A stretch of 63,860 bases of DNA, filler included, from Reclinomonas americana ATCC 50394 (Eukaryota): assembly GCA_048213135.1 (NCBI GenBank). It is 6 parts of 4 records of this genome, joined end to end, with 100 filler letters (N's around TTAATTAATTAA, not from the genome) between each part and the next. Parts side by side here need not be neighbours in the genome. Positions count along the whole stretch, not along the records: positions 1 to 6,184 come from PS015267.1; positions 6,285 to 12,721 come from PS015267.1; 4 more parts are not named here. One strand, given 5' to 3'. The number at the start of each line of letters is the position of its first letter. Position 1 is the first letter of the stretch. The notes below the pieces were generated by a model that saw nothing but the letters and a program-made list of their open reading frames with translations, was not told where the DNA came from and did not search any database. This document shows, in pieces, positions 1 to 12,246 of the stretch. The position numbers were made by a program, and so were the translations under genes.

Positions 1-29
1 GTGTGTCGTCGTGTTGTTGTTCGTTGTTG

Positions 30-101
<72 letters not shown>

Positions 102-543
102 CGAGGAGAGTGTCAGTCTATTGTTTTGTCTTTGTGCCTGTGTGCGAGCTGTGTAAGAGAGAAGCGAGACATGTAGGAATGTGTGGGAGATGGGAAATCT
201 GACGTATGTGCGCGAGGGCGATGGACAGAGTGTGCAAGACACGCTGCGAGTGAGTGTTTGCTTTGTTGTATGTCTGTGCGATGAAAAGAGTGACAAAGGG
301 CGAAGAAACAGACTAGGAGCAGGATATTGTATGCGAGTGTGACTCGGTGTCTCTGCGATAGAGAGGAAGTGGGGGCGGAGCGGAAGGATAAGAAGAAAGA
401 AGAGAGTTTGTGTGCTTGTTCAACGCGTAGTGAGAAAATGCAGGAGACAGCAAGTAGCTGTGTGTGCGAGAGAGGGCGGGAATAACAGATCAGCGCGTGC
501 GAGATTTGCTGACCCTCCTTCGCCTCTCTTCCCCCATTTACAG

Positions 544-3403
544 CTGGCCAACAGCCAGTTTGCCACCGGCAGTGGTACCCGCACGTACTCGTACACGTAC
601 ACCTTCTCGCGCGTGTTCGCCAATGTGCCGCAAGTGCTGTCCGGCATTAGCGCACTCGACATCCCGGCCGACTCGGATGCGCGCATGTTCTGCGCTCACG
701 AGAAGGTCACCACCACCAACATGTCCGTCCGGTGCACGGCGTACGAGACGTCCAAGATCACCTCGTTTGCCATTACCGGTGAGTATGGGGGAGGAAGGGG
801 GAAGGGAGGGGCAGGGCAGGGAAGGAAAGAGAGGAAAGATGTAAGAGCAGATGGACAGAGAAGACTGTTTGGGGAGGACAAGTTGCAGAAGTGAGGAGTT
901 CGTGTTGCATGCCGGCAGATGGACAAGTGGGAAGAATGTGTTTAATTCAATGTGCGCCGCGCTAAGATGCGCCAAGGAGGAGGCAGTCATACAGCGAGAC
1001 AGTAATCCAGCAGTTTGCACGCTGCAGTCGTCAGAGGGTGAAAGCAGCAATCTTTTGTGCGTGCATTGTGTGTGTCTGCCTGTCTCTGTGTGTCTCTGTA
1101 TTGTAGAGCACGAAAGTACTCCGTGTGACTGAGTGCGGAAGCGCCACTCTGTCCGTCTGATTCCACTTTGTCGCTCTGTTTGGGACATCGCAAATCGTGC
1201 AGTACCTCCTGTCCTCCCCTCTCTCTTCCGTTCTCCTCATCTCTCCTTCCGTCCCTCCTCCCTCNNNNNNNNNNNNNNNNNNNNNNNNNNNNNNNNNNNN
1301 NNNNNNNNNNNNNNNNNNNNNNNNNNNNNNNNNNNNNNNNNNNNNNNNNNNNNNNNNNNNNNNNNNNNNNNNNNNNNNNNNNNNNNNNNNNNNNNNNNNN
1401 NNNNNNNNNNNNNNNNNNNNNNNNNNNNNNNNNNNNNNNNNNNNNNNNNNNNNNNNNNNNNNNNNNNNNNNNNNNNNNNNNNNNNNNNNNNNNNNNNNNN
1501 NNNNNNNNNNNNNNNNNNNNNNNNNNNNNNNNNNNNNNNNNNNNNNNNNNNNNNNNNNNNNNNNNNNNNNNNNNNNNNNNNNNNNNNNNNNNNNNNNNNN
1601 NNNNNNNNNNNNNNNNNNNNNNTCCCTACCGCCCCTCCCCTCCCCTCCCCCTCCCCTCCCCTCCCCTCCCCTCCCTCCTCCTCTCCCTCTCCCTCTCCCT
1701 CTCCCTCTCCCTCTCCCTCTCCCTTTCCCTTTCCCTTTCCCTTTACTCACCCTCTCCCTTTCCCTCTTTTTTGCAGTGCTGGCCACCTACACCGCCCGCG
1801 ACATTGGCAAGGTCAAGTCGGGCCTGCTGGACCTGTCGTCGTCCGCACAAAAGGACTGGTGGACATTGCCGACGAACGGCGAGGTCACACCGCGCGCACA
1901 AGAGCAGTCGGTGACGCTCGATTCGTACAGCGCCACCCCGTCGCTGGTGTTTGCTCTGCGACACTTCCACATCAGTGGCAACAGCGATCACAACTTCTAC
2001 GGCGAGATTGCCCAGGCGAACCCGCGACAGGGTGCCGTCTATCGGTGAGTGGAAGTAGGGAAAAGGGATAGGGAGGAGATATGAAGAGGGTGGGTCTGCC
2101 TTGTGTTGATCAAATTGTCTGTTTCGTGCGCGTCTCTGTGTAAGTCGGTCGTTTCGTGTGCTTGTCTGTCTCTTTCTCTCTTTCTCAATTGTATTCCTTT
2201 GTTTTCTCTGCGTGCTCGGCGCGTGTCTGCTGGGTCATTTTCTGTGGGTAGTTATTCTTCTTGCTTGGTTCTTGTCTGCTGGGTCATTCTTCTGCGCGTC
2301 TTCGTCTCTTTGTCTCAGTTGTTTCCCATTGCTTTTCTCTGCTTACCTGTGTGTGTGAGAGAGTGTTATGTCTATTCTTCGGCGTATTGTTGTCTTTGTG
2401 TCTGAGTTTCCCTTTGTTTTCTCTGCTTATCTGTGTGGATGCTCCTGTCTTGATTTTCCTGCTTTCTTGCTGTCTGTCTCCTTGACTCTCATTCTTTTTT
2501 CAGCTTCTCTGCTTTTGTCGTGTGTGTCTGAGTCTGTTACTGTCTCGATTTTCCTGCTTTCTTTGTGTTGTTTGTGTGAGTCTGTTATTTTGCGTGTTTG
2601 CCTTCGTGTCTCAGTACTTCTCGCTTTATCTCGTGTCTTTCATTCTTTCTCATCTTGCCTGTCTCTCTCTGTGTGTGAATGTTCGTCTACTGTGACTCTT
2701 TGCTTTCTGTCTCTAGTTCTCTACCAATCTACGTATCCTCTCTCTGTCTCTCGGATTCTGTTAGTCTTGTTGTTTATCGTTTCAGTTTGTTTGAGGGCTT
2801 ACACTTGTTTTTGTGTGTCTGCTTCACTCACTTTCTCCCGCTCACTCTGTTTTTTCCTTTCTTGCTTGCTTGCTTGCTTTCTCGCTCTCTATCATTTTCT
2901 CTCCTAATCTCTATCTCCCTTTTCTCCGCTCCATCCCTTGTCTCCCTCTTTCTCCCTCCTCCCTCTCCCTCTCCTCTCTCCTCTCTCCCTCTCCCTCTCC
3001 CTCTCCCTCTCCCTTCCCCCATCCCCCATCCCCCCTTTCCCTCACCGCCTTTCCCTCACCTCCTTCCCCACCCGCAGCGCCACCGTGTTCGACACCACCC
3101 GCGTGCACCGCCTGTCCTACGGTTTCTTCGCGTTCCCAACCGACGCCGAGTCCGGTTACGGTCTGCAAGCCGACGAGGCAACGCTGAAGATCCCGTCACT
3201 GGCGCCGTGCCGCACCATCACCTTCCGCCCCGCCTTTGTGGCCACCACCATCCCGCAGGTGGTCGCCTTCATCCGAGGGTGGTCGCTCGACACCACATCG
3301 GCTGCTGGCGTTCCCACCGGCTTCGCCTTCAACTTGCAAATTGCCAACATTAGCAACACCGGTTTCTACGTGTGCGATGGCAGTCTCACTTCGACTGGCA
3401 CTT
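544..3403 (+). CDS. Multi-exon protein with about three tandem H-type lectin-like domains (5' and 3' incomplete)
   Basis: Exons 544-778, 1777-2044 and 3078-3403 join in frame across GT-AG introns (all donors GTGAGT). Repeated H-lectin pattern: YTFSRVFANVPQVLSGISALDI...KVTTTNMSVRC; SYSATPSLVFALRHFHIS; ITFRPAFVATTIPQVVAFIRGWSL...IANISNTGF. A further exon may start near 3694. Confidence 0.75.
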
Positions 3404-4569
3404 GTGAGTCATCTTGTCCCCACGCCTGCTCATTCTTGTGACACTCTTTGGTNNNNNNNNNNNNNNNNNNNNTCCCATGTACCCCCTCCCTTCCCTCTCT
3501 CGTCGGTTTCAAAAAAAGCAAGCCGAGCCAGCCCAATTTACTTTTCTGCATTTTTTTCTCTTCATATTTTTTTCTTACGGATCCATGTCTTCGGGTTACT
3601 TTTCGTTGTTGTTGGGTTTTTTTCGTCTCACTCACTCTTCATACTCTCTCCTCCACACACACACACACACACAAAACATCCTCGTACCGTACAGTACGGG
3701 CGAACACATCAGATATCATCGTGATGTCTGCGGCACACGGGCGTGCTCACAGAGCAACGCTCTTCTGGCCAAGCGCTGCCCACGAAATGTACACTGTGCG
3801 GGAAGGCGACTGTCAGCNNNNNNNNNNNNNNNNNNNNNNNNNNNNNNNNNNNNNNNNNNNNNNNNNNNNNNNNNNNNNNNNNNNNNNNNNNNNNNNNNNN
3901 NNNNNNNNNNNNNNNNNNNNNNNNNNNNNNNNNNNNNNNNNNNNNNNNNNNNNNNNNNNNNNNNNNNNNNNNNNNNNNNNNNNNNNNNNNNNNNNNNNNN
4001 NNNNNNNNNNNNNNNNNNNNNNNNNNNNNNNNNNNNNNNNNNNNNNNNNNNNNNNNNNNNNNNNNNNNNNNNNNNNNNNNNNNNNNNNNNNNNNNNNNNN
4101 NNNNNNNNNNNNNNNNNNNNNNNNNNNNNNNNNNNNNNNNNNNNNNNNNNNNNNNNNNNNNNNNNNNNNNNNNNNNNNNNNNNNNNNNNNNNNNNNNNNN
4201 NNNNNNNNNNNNNNNNNNNNNNNNNNNNNNNNNNNNNNNNNNNNNNNNNNNNNNNNNNNNNNNNNNNNNNNNNNNNNNNNNNNNNNNNNNNNNNNNNNNN
4301 NNNNNNNNNNNNNNNNNNNNNNNNNNNNNNNNNNNNNNNNNNNNNNNNNNNNNNNNNNNNNNNNNNNNNNNNNNNNNNNNNNNNNNNNNNNNNNNNNNNN
4401 NNNNNNNNNNNNNNNNNNNNNNNNNAAGGAAAGCATGGCGAGTGAAAAGGGAAAATATGACTTGCAAAAGTGCAATTACCAGCAGCAGTTATCTGAGAAG
4501 AAGAGTACGGGGGCGGGGAGGGAGGGAGGAACACAACGAGAGAGGAAAGAAATGGCTTTGATGAGAGAG

Positions 4570-5540
4570 CACCAGTTCCGATGCATCTTCATATGCATCC
4601 GGATATCGAAGTGAGAAGCGCGGCGATTGCTGTTTGTGATACAGCTGGACTTTGTCATCACTCTGTACAAGGTAACCAGCACGTACCTCTCGCGCACACA
4701 GCCTGGACAAGTGCAAACATGCAAAGGTCGACTTCAAAGTGCAGAATTCAAAGGGCAATTGGTGTTTTCGTTTCCCTCCGATCGACTCAGTATGCGCTTG
4801 TTGTCTTCACTTTTCCCGTGGTGCTCACTGGTCATGGTGTGTGTGCATGTGTGATCATGTCATGCATATGTATGTGTGTGTTTGAGGAAGAATGCTCTCG
4901 CGATGTGCGCTGCTTCTCACTGCTGTGCGTCGCTCTTCTTCTTCTTCGTCAATGATGGTGTCGCGTGTGCATGTGCACGTGCTGCAGCCGCCAAAGAAGA
5001 AGAAGAGCAGAGCGAGGCCGGGGAAGGAGGGAGGAAGATAGCGGGCAACACGCGCGCATACGCATACGTATACGGAGACAATGAGAGAGCAGAGGGCTTG
5101 CATGCGCAATTGGAGACAGCACCAGCTGCAGTTCCGATGCACGGATATCGAAGTGAGGAGTCGGCGATTGCTGTTTGTGATACAGGTGGACTTAGCCATC
5201 ACTCTATACAAGGTAACCAGCACGTACCTCTCGCGCACACAGCCTGGACAAGTGCAAAACATGCAAAACGGTCTCAAAGTGCAGAAGGGCAATTGGTGTT
5301 TTCGAATTCGTTTCCCTCCGATCGACTCGTATGCGCCTGTTGTCTTCTCTGTTCCCGTGGTGCTCACTGGTCATGGTCAGTGTGTGCATGTGTGATATGT
5401 CATGCATATGTGTGTGTGTTTGAGGAAGAATGCTCTCGCGATGTGCGCTGCTTCTCACTACTGTGCGTCGCTCTTCTTCTTCGTCAATGATGGTGTCGCG
5501 TGTGCATGTGCTGCAGCCGCCAAAGAAGAAGAGCAGTGCG
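4570..5540 (+). repeat. Tandem direct duplication (copies ~550 bp apart) of the NAA40 promoter and first exons
   Basis: ~4570-5010 matches ~5125-5540 (shared GGCGATTGCTGTTTGTGATACAG, AAGGTAACCAGCACGTACCTCTCGCGCACACAGCCTGGACAAGTGCAAA, GCTGCAGCCGCCAAAGAAGAAGA). The upstream copy diverges after PPKKKKS. Confidence 0.85.
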
Positions 5541-5622
5541 GAGAGTGCGGCAGCGGGAGGCAAGGCGGCGGAGAAGAAGGCCAAGCAGAAGGCTGTTGCG
5601 TGAGAGAGAGATGAAGGAGAGA

Positions 5623-5665
<43 letters not shown>

Positions 5666-6044
5666 GAGGGGAAGGAGGGAGGGGAAGGAGAAACACTCTG
5701 GAGAGCAGGAAAGAGAAGCAGCAAAAGAGAGAGGTGCATTTTTCTCAGGCACCTTCCTTGTGCACACACACACACGCACACACACACACACACACACCCC
5801 TGCACAGAGAGAGAGAACACTGTCAATGTTAATTACTTCCGCAGGTGCCTTAGTTGTCGCCGAAGAGCATGCAATGTCGCGTAGAGAGTGGAGGGGGGAG
5901 AGTGAGTGAGTGTGTATGAGAGAGAGAGAGAGAGCAAGGTGGGAGGGGAAGGAGAAACACTCTGGGGAAAGAGAGAGCACGCAGGGGGTGCATTTTTCTC
6001 AGGCACCTTCCTTTTCTGCGACACACACACACACACTTTCATAC

Positions 6045-6080
<36 letters not shown>

Positions 6081-6364
6081 CGACCGTACGTACCGTACGT
6101 ACGAACGTACGTCGTCGCGAGGTCGCCCACGGTACGTTGGTCCGTCCTTAGAGACGACGAACCTACAAACGTAGAGGTAACGTTNNNNNNNNNNNNNNNN
6201 NNNNNNNNNNNNNNNNNNNNNNNNNNNNTTAATTAATTAANNNNNNNNNNNNNNNNNNNNNNNNNNNNNNNNNNNNNNNNNNNNCGTACGTACGTACGTA
6301 CGTACGTACGTACGTACGTACGTACGTACGTACGTACGTACGTACGTACGTACGTACGAGACGG

Positions 6365-6421
<57 letters not shown>

Positions 6422-7426
6422 AGTCTACGTCAAAGACGTCTGCAGGTGCCACAGTTGTCGCCTTAGAGCACGCGAACTCAAACTGAGAGAGTTTTCTCAT
6501 TGCTGCGTGCACACTGTCTCCCCTCCCTTTCTTTCCTTTTCTTCCTCCCTTTCCCTCCCCTCTGCACAGGCACAAGAGCGACGACAATGGCTGCAAACGC
6601 GCATCTCCGACGGCCGCAACGTGCCAGACTATTTTGCCGTGCTGGTGCCCTTCTTTTCGCGTTTCGAGTGCCCTCCCCCTGCCTCTTCCCCTTCAGCTCC
6701 TCCTGCTCCCCCTCTCGAGGAAGGAGCACCTCCACCACCTCCACCCCCATTATCCGCATTTGTGCTGCGCTACTACACGGACGAGACGATGCCGAAGGAG
6801 CTGGTGGGGTGGTGCTTTGATCTGCTCAAGCACAACATGAAGACTCTGTTGCGTGTGTGTGTGCGTGTCGCTTCAATTGGTGAATCAAAACTCATGGTGT
6901 GGCAGGTACGAGGGAGTGTGGGGCTGGTCGGACTCGAAGAAGCGTGGCGAGCTGAAGGATTCCGAGGCGCGCTTTGTGGTGGCGTTTGACGAGAGCGACA
7001 ACTCGCCGCAGGTGCGTGCGCCCACGCTGTCTTGCTTTCCCCTGCCACTGTTGTTGACATCTCCAGGCGCAGGCGTTCCTGCACCTGCGCTTCATCGACA
7101 TGGAGGACCAGCCGGCGCTGTACGTGTACGAGATTCAGGTGACGGAGGCGGCGCGGTCGCGCGGACTCGGCCGCTTCCTCATGCAAATCACCGAGGCCAT
7201 TGCGCGCAAGTCCGGCATGTGGAAGGTCGGGCTGACGGTGTTTGACGCCAATGTCGGCGCGATGCGCTTCTACAAGGAGCGGCTCGGGTACGCGCAGGAT
7301 GCGGGGTCGATGCGCGACCCGGCCGACCCGGAGTCGTCTGGCGGATCGTCGTCGTCGTCGTCGTCGAGGGGTTTCCAGGTCTTGAGCAAGGAGTTGCCGC
7401 GGCGGCCTGAGGATGCTGATAAGTGA
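5373..7426 (+). CDS. NAA40: N-alpha-acetyltransferase 40 (NatD, histone H4/H2A N-terminal acetyltransferase, GNAT), ~272 aa
   Basis: Exons 5373-5375 (ATG, tentative), 5517-5594, 6570-6847, 6906-7011 and 7073-7426 join in frame. Protein: MPPKKK..AEKKAKQKA-AQERRQWL..WCFDLLKHNMKTLYEGVWGWSDSKKRGEL..ARFVV..AFLHLRF..LYVYEIQV...RSRGLGRFLM..KVGLTVFDANVGAMRFY. Donors 5595 and 6848 are T|GTTGCG. Confidence 0.9.
6185..6284. other. Artificial 100-nt scaffold spacer with a TTAATTAATTAA six-frame stop (also at 12722-12821, 26807-26906, 57850-57949, 62524-62623)
   Basis: Identical layout five times: an N run, TTAATTAATTAA, an N run. Confidence 0.95.
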
Positions 7427-9433
7427 GGGGAGGGCGAGGAGAGGGGAATGGGAGAGAAGGGAGAAGGAAAAAAGGGTGGAGGGAGTGAAATAGATTAATT
7501 GGTGATGGGATGAAGGGGGGAGGGGGAAGGGTGGAGAGAAGGGAAGAGAGGGCAAGGGGGCGAACGCTAGCACAGTATCTTTTGTTGGAAGGTGCATACG
7601 AGAGTCAAATAAGCATCTTTGCTTCGGAAGGGGGGAAAGGAGAGGGAGTGTGGATTTAACTGGACAATTTGGCGTGCAGATGTTGGGCGCCACAGTGATG
7701 AGCAGGATTAGTTGGTGGAGAGAACGGGTGATTGTGTGCGAAGTCATTTTCGAAGAGGGTGAAAAGAGAATAGACTGTGGCACTTGCTAACGGCGGTGTA
7801 AGACAGTACAATTGCAAATGATGCGTGCTGTCTGGAGTGTGCCGAGTTGTTGCACTTTGTTGGTGGTGGAGGTCGCGAGGCAAGGGACAGAAAGCAGATT
7901 GTCGAAGCAGCTGTGACAAAATGGCAGACAAAGAGTGGGGAGAGAGTGAGGGCAACAGCAAGGAGACCGCTGCATCTCATTTCGCTGCTTCGCGTCTCGA
8001 AGAGAGTTTCTCCTCTTTGCGTTTGTTTGTTCTTTTGCAGGATGTGTTGCCGTCGCATGCCTGAGGAGCCGCCTCTGCCTCCTTCTGTCTCTGTCTGTGC
8101 TTCCCTCTCCTTCCCTTCCTAGTCTCCCGATTCCTCCCTGTCCTTTTCCCAGCCTATGACCCATTCCCGTTGTCTCTCCTCTCCTCTCCTTTCCTTGTCT
8201 CCCTCTCTCTCTCCCTCTGACTCTCTTACTCTATTCTCCTCTCCTCTCCTCTCCTCTCCTCTCCTCACCCTCATCCTCTCTTCTCCTCTCTTCTCCTCTC
8301 CTCCCCTCTCCTCTCCTCTCCTCTCCTATCCTCTCCTCTCCTCCCCACCCTTCCCTCTCTTCCCCACCCTTCCCTCTCNNNNNNNNNNNNNNNNNNNNNN
8401 NNNNNNNNNNNNNNNNNNNNNNNNNNNNNNNNNNNNNNNNNNNNNNNNNNNNNNNNNNNNNNNNNNNNNNNNNNNNNNNNNNNNNNNNNNNNNNNNNNNN
8501 NNNNNNNNNNNNNNNNNNNNNNNNNNNNNNNNNNNNNNNNNNNNNNNNNNNNNNNNNNNNNNNNNNNNNNNNNNNNNNNNNNNNNNNNNNNNNNNNNNNN
8601 NNNNNNNNNNNNNNNNNNNNNNNNNNNNNNNNNNNNNNNNNNNNNNNNNNNNNNNNNNNNNNNNNNNNNNNNNNNNNNNNNNNNNNNNNNNNNNNNNNNN
8701 NNNNNNNNNNNNNNNNNNNNNNNNNNNNNNNNNNNNNNNNNNNNNNNNNNNNNNNNNNNNNNNNNNNNNNNNNNNNNNNNNNNNNNNNNNNNNNNNNNNN
8801 NNNNNNNNNNNNNNNNNNNNNNNNNNNNNNNNNNNNNNNNNNNNNNNNNNNNNNNNNNNNNNNNNNNNNNNNNNNNNNNNNNNNNNNNNNNNNNNNNNNN
8901 NNNNNNNNNNNNNNNNNNNNNNNNNNNNNNNNNNNNNNNNNNNNNNNNNNNNNNNNNNNNNNNNNNNNNNNNNNNNNNNNNNNNNNNNNNNNNNNNNNNN
9001 NNNNNNNNNNNNNNNNNNNNNNNNNNNNNNNNNNNNNNNNNNNNNNNNNNNNNNNNNNNNNNNNNNNNNNNNNNNNNNNNNNNNNNNNNNNNNNNNNNNN
9101 NNNNNNNNNNNNNNNNNNNNNNNNNNNNNNNNNNNNNNNNNNNNNNNNNNNNNNNNNNNNNNNNNNNNNNNNNNNNNNNNNNNNNNNNNNNNNNNNNNNN
9201 NNNNNNNNNNNNNNNNNNNNNNNNNNNNNNNNNNNNNNNNNNNNNNNNNNNNNNNNNNNNNNNNNNNNNNNNNNNNNNNNNNNNNNNNNNNNNNNNNNNN
9301 NNNNNNNNNNNNNNNNNNNNNNNNNNNNNNNNNNNNNNNNNNNNNNNNNNNNNNNNNNNNNNNTTCCCCACCCTTCCCTCTCTCACCCTCTCCTCACCCT
9401 CTCCCTTTCTCCTCCTTTCCCATTCCATTCCAT

Positions 9434-9622
9434 TTACCACGGCTGCTGCACCCCCTGATGATCAAAGAACAACCCACTATCCTCCTCCGTCAACGCCTCC
9501 GTCACCGCCACCAGCCTCTGCGCCGCCACCTCCGCCGACAGCACATGCTCCGGCTTCACCGAGCGTCGAAACGGCGCCGACAGCGGCGTCTCCACCGTGC
9601 CCGGATGATAGCTGATGACCAC
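9434..9622 (-). CDS. Last exon of a CsgA/C-factor-like short-chain dehydrogenase
   Basis: After a GCAG acceptor: VVISYHPGTVETPLSAPF...SGLFFDHQGVQQPW*, the typical C-terminus of this SDR subfamily. Confidence 0.85.
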   Translation of the reverse strand: MVISYHPGTVETPLSAPFRRSVKPEHVLSAEVAAQRLVAVTEALTEEDSGLFFDHQGVQQPW

Positions 9623-10388
9623 CTGCGCGCATTAGACCGAGTCAGAACGAGCCAAGGAGAAGGACAGATAGGGTTAGCAAGAGAGAGAGAGGGAGGGAGG
9701 GAGAAAGAGAAGAAGACAAGAGATGTTGTTGATCGAATCATACGGCAAAAGGTCACGGGGNNNNNNNNNNNNNNNNNNNNNNNNNNNNNNNNNNNNNNNN
9801 NNNNNNNNNNNNNNNNNNNNNNNNNNNNNNNNNNNNNNNNNNNNNNNNNNNNNNNNNNNNNNNNNNNNNNNNNNNNNNNNNNNNNNNNNNNNNNNNNNNN
9901 NNNNNNNNNNNNNNNNNNNNNNNNNNNNNNNNNNNNNNNNNNNNNNNNNNNNNNNNNNNNNNNNNNNNNNNNNNNNNNNNNNNNNNNNNNNNNNNNNNNN
10001 NNNNNNNNNNNNNNNNNNNNNNNNNNNNNNNNNNNNNNNNNNNNNNNNNNNNNNNNNNNNNNNNNNNNNNNNNNNNNNNNNNNNNNNNNNNNNNNNNNNN
10101 NNNNNNNNNNNNNNNNNNNNNNNNNNNNNNNNNNNNNNNNNNNNNNNNNNNNNNNNNNNNNNNNNNNNNNNNNNNNNNNNNNNNNNNNNNNNNNNNNNNN
10201 NNNNNNNNNNNNNNNNNNNNNNNNNNNNNNNNNNNNNNNNNNNNNNNNNNNNNNNNNNNNNNNNNNNNNNNNNNNNNNNNNNNNNNNNNNNNNNNNNNNN
10301 NNNNNNNNNNNNNNNNNNNNNNNNNNNNNNNNNNNNNNNNNNNNNNNNNNNNNNNNNNNNNNNNNNNNNNNNNNNNNNNNNNNNNNNN

Positions 10389-10904
10389 GTCTTCCTTGTC
10401 ACCGGCGCCTCCAGTGGCCTCGGCCTCGCCCTCTGCAAGCACCTCCTGCAACACACCAACGGCACTGTGATCGCCGCCTCTCGATCCACCACCGCTCATC
10501 TCGAGAACAACCCGCGACTTCGCCACCTCCCGCTCGACCTCACCGACCAGCACAGCATCGACAACTTCGCCGCCGCCCTGCTGTCCTCCTCCACCCCCAA
10601 AGTCGACGCTCTCTTCAACGTCGCCGGCGCGCTGCACGACGCCACGCATCCACCGGAAAAATCGCTCAAATCCGTTCAACGCGACTGGGCGCTGCATCTG
10701 TTCAACCTCAACGCCCTTGGCGCGCTGATGCTCACACAGGCGGTGAATCCGTTGCTGCGTGCGCCTGCGCTCATTGTGAATGTGTCGGCGCATGCGGGCT
10801 CCATTGGCGACAATCAGCTGGGCGGCTGGTGGAGCTATCGCATGAGCAAGGCGGCGTTGAATATGGCCACGCGATGCATGGCCGCGGAGAAACGGCGATC
10901 GGCT
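10389..10904 (+). CDS. Central exon of the CsgA-like SDR, on a gap-flanked contig that is probably inverted in the scaffold
   Basis: VFLVTGASSGLG (TGxxxGxG), NVAG, IVNVSAHAGSIGDNQLGGWWSYRMSKAALNM (YxxxK). Ends at donor T|GTTGCG (10905), in phase with the 9622 exon. Confidence 0.9.
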
Positions 10905-11333
10905 GTTGCGTTGTGTCCTCACGCTCTCTGTGTCTGTCTGTCTGTCCATCTCCCTTGTGNNNNNNNNNNNNNNNNNNNNNNNNNNNNNNNNNNNNNNNNN
11001 NNNNNNNNNNNNNNNNNNNNNNNNNNNNNNNNNNNNNNNNNNNNNNNNNNNNNNNNNNNNNNNNNNNNNNNNNNNNNNNNNNNNNNNNNNNNNNNNNNNN
11101 NNNNNNNNNNNNNNNNNNNNNNNNNNNNNNNNNNNNNNNNNNNNNNNNNNNNNNNNNNNNNNNNNNNNNNNNNNNNNNNNNNNNNNNNNNNNNNNNNNNN
11201 NNNNNNNNNNNNNNNNNNNNNNNNNNNNNNNNNNNNNNNNNNNNNNNNNNNNNNNNNNNNAGACTGTGTGTGTGCGCGCGTGTGAGTGAGTGGGTGATAA
11301 AGAGAGAGACACACTCACACAAAGTGGTGGAAC

Positions 11334-11405
11334 CTCTGGGTTCGTGCGGCGACGAAGAGCGGCGTCGGTCACGCGACCGAGAGTGAGACGGGCAGCGGCG
11401 TTCAT
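11334..11405 (-). CDS. Probable first exon of the CsgA-like SDR
   Basis: 24 codons, MNAAARLTLGRVTDAALRRRTNPE, ending at GAG|GTTCCA (phase 0). This fits in front of VFLVTG. Confidence 0.55.
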
Positions 11406-11570
11406 GTGCGTGTGCTTGTGTGTGTGCGCGCGCGTGAGGGGGCAAAGAATGAGAGTTCTCGCCAAATGCGGAGATGTTTGAGTGAACGGAAAATCCCGGA
11501 CAACTCCGCGTGCATAAAAAAGCAAGTGGGAGTGGAAAGACAACAACAACAACAACAGCAGCAGCAGCAG

Positions 11571-12246
11571 CAACTTTACAAATCCAAACAGCAACACAGC
11601 TGCATGATGATCACCATCTAAGTGAGCACCAGAACCTCAGCGCATGATCAGACATCACGAAAAAAAGCGACAAAAAGTCGTTGTGCTGTTGAGCTGGAGG
11701 GCTGAATGTGCAGAAGGGCGAGTAGTTGCAGCAATGGTGGGTGTGCGGCAAGAAGAGAGACCAAAAGAATTCGAATTCGTAATGGGAAAAGCGCAGCGCA
11801 GCGTTCTGTAAATTCTGCGTTTCCAGTTCAAATATTCGACGCCGTCAGTGCACACGTACACCTGCGACCTTGTCACCACTGTCGAGTACCCGACCGTTGC
11901 CAGGGTCAACAGGCTGCAGTGACAACTCCCGTGAGCAACACCATCATCAGCGACAACCACTCAACTGACACCTCAGCTCCTTCCCGGACCTATACTTGCA
12001 CGTTGCCTGGCTTTGTTGGTTTTGCATATGTGTTCTGATACCAACACCTCTTGCTATCTTTCTCGTTTCCTTTGTGGAATTCAGCGACAAATCCATGCTT
12101 GTCATGAGCCGTGGTTTCTCTTGCAGAAACGCCAGCATTTGCCATCTCGACTTTTTCTCGCTTTTCTCGTGATGTCTGAGTTTCTGGTGCTCACTCAAGA
12201 TGGTGATCATCATGCAGCTGTGTTGCTGTTTGGATTAGTAAAGTTG
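11571..12246. repeat. Long imperfect inverted repeat (arms ~11571-11680 and ~12148-12246); MITE-like or inverted promoter duplication
   Basis: CAACTTTACAAATCCAAACAGCAACACAGCTGCATGATGATCACCATC..GTGAGCACCAGAA..CAGACATCACGA..AAAAAGTCG recurs as its reverse complement, with a ~470-bp spacer. Confidence 0.8.

Noticed and set aside
6229-6240. TTAATTAATTAA repeated five times in the window
   Set aside because: Always centred in a 100-nt N spacer; it is an artificial six-frame stop linker.
6084-6357. (TACG)n run and noisy TACG-rich sequence flanking a gap, resembling a palindromic or Z-DNA microsatellite
   Set aside because: TACG is the 454 pyrosequencing flow order. Such runs at contig ends next to (GA)n tracts are most likely dephasing artefacts.
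7424-7426. Alternative nuclear genetic code
   Set aside because: TGA, TAA and TAG all end genes at plausible positions (7426, 16563, 26509, 42404), and conserved exons have no internal stops.
8156-11386. Very long ORFs in the track (also 19863-22718 and much of 49717-52587)
   Set aside because: They are open only because of N runs and stop-poor CT/GA microsatellites.
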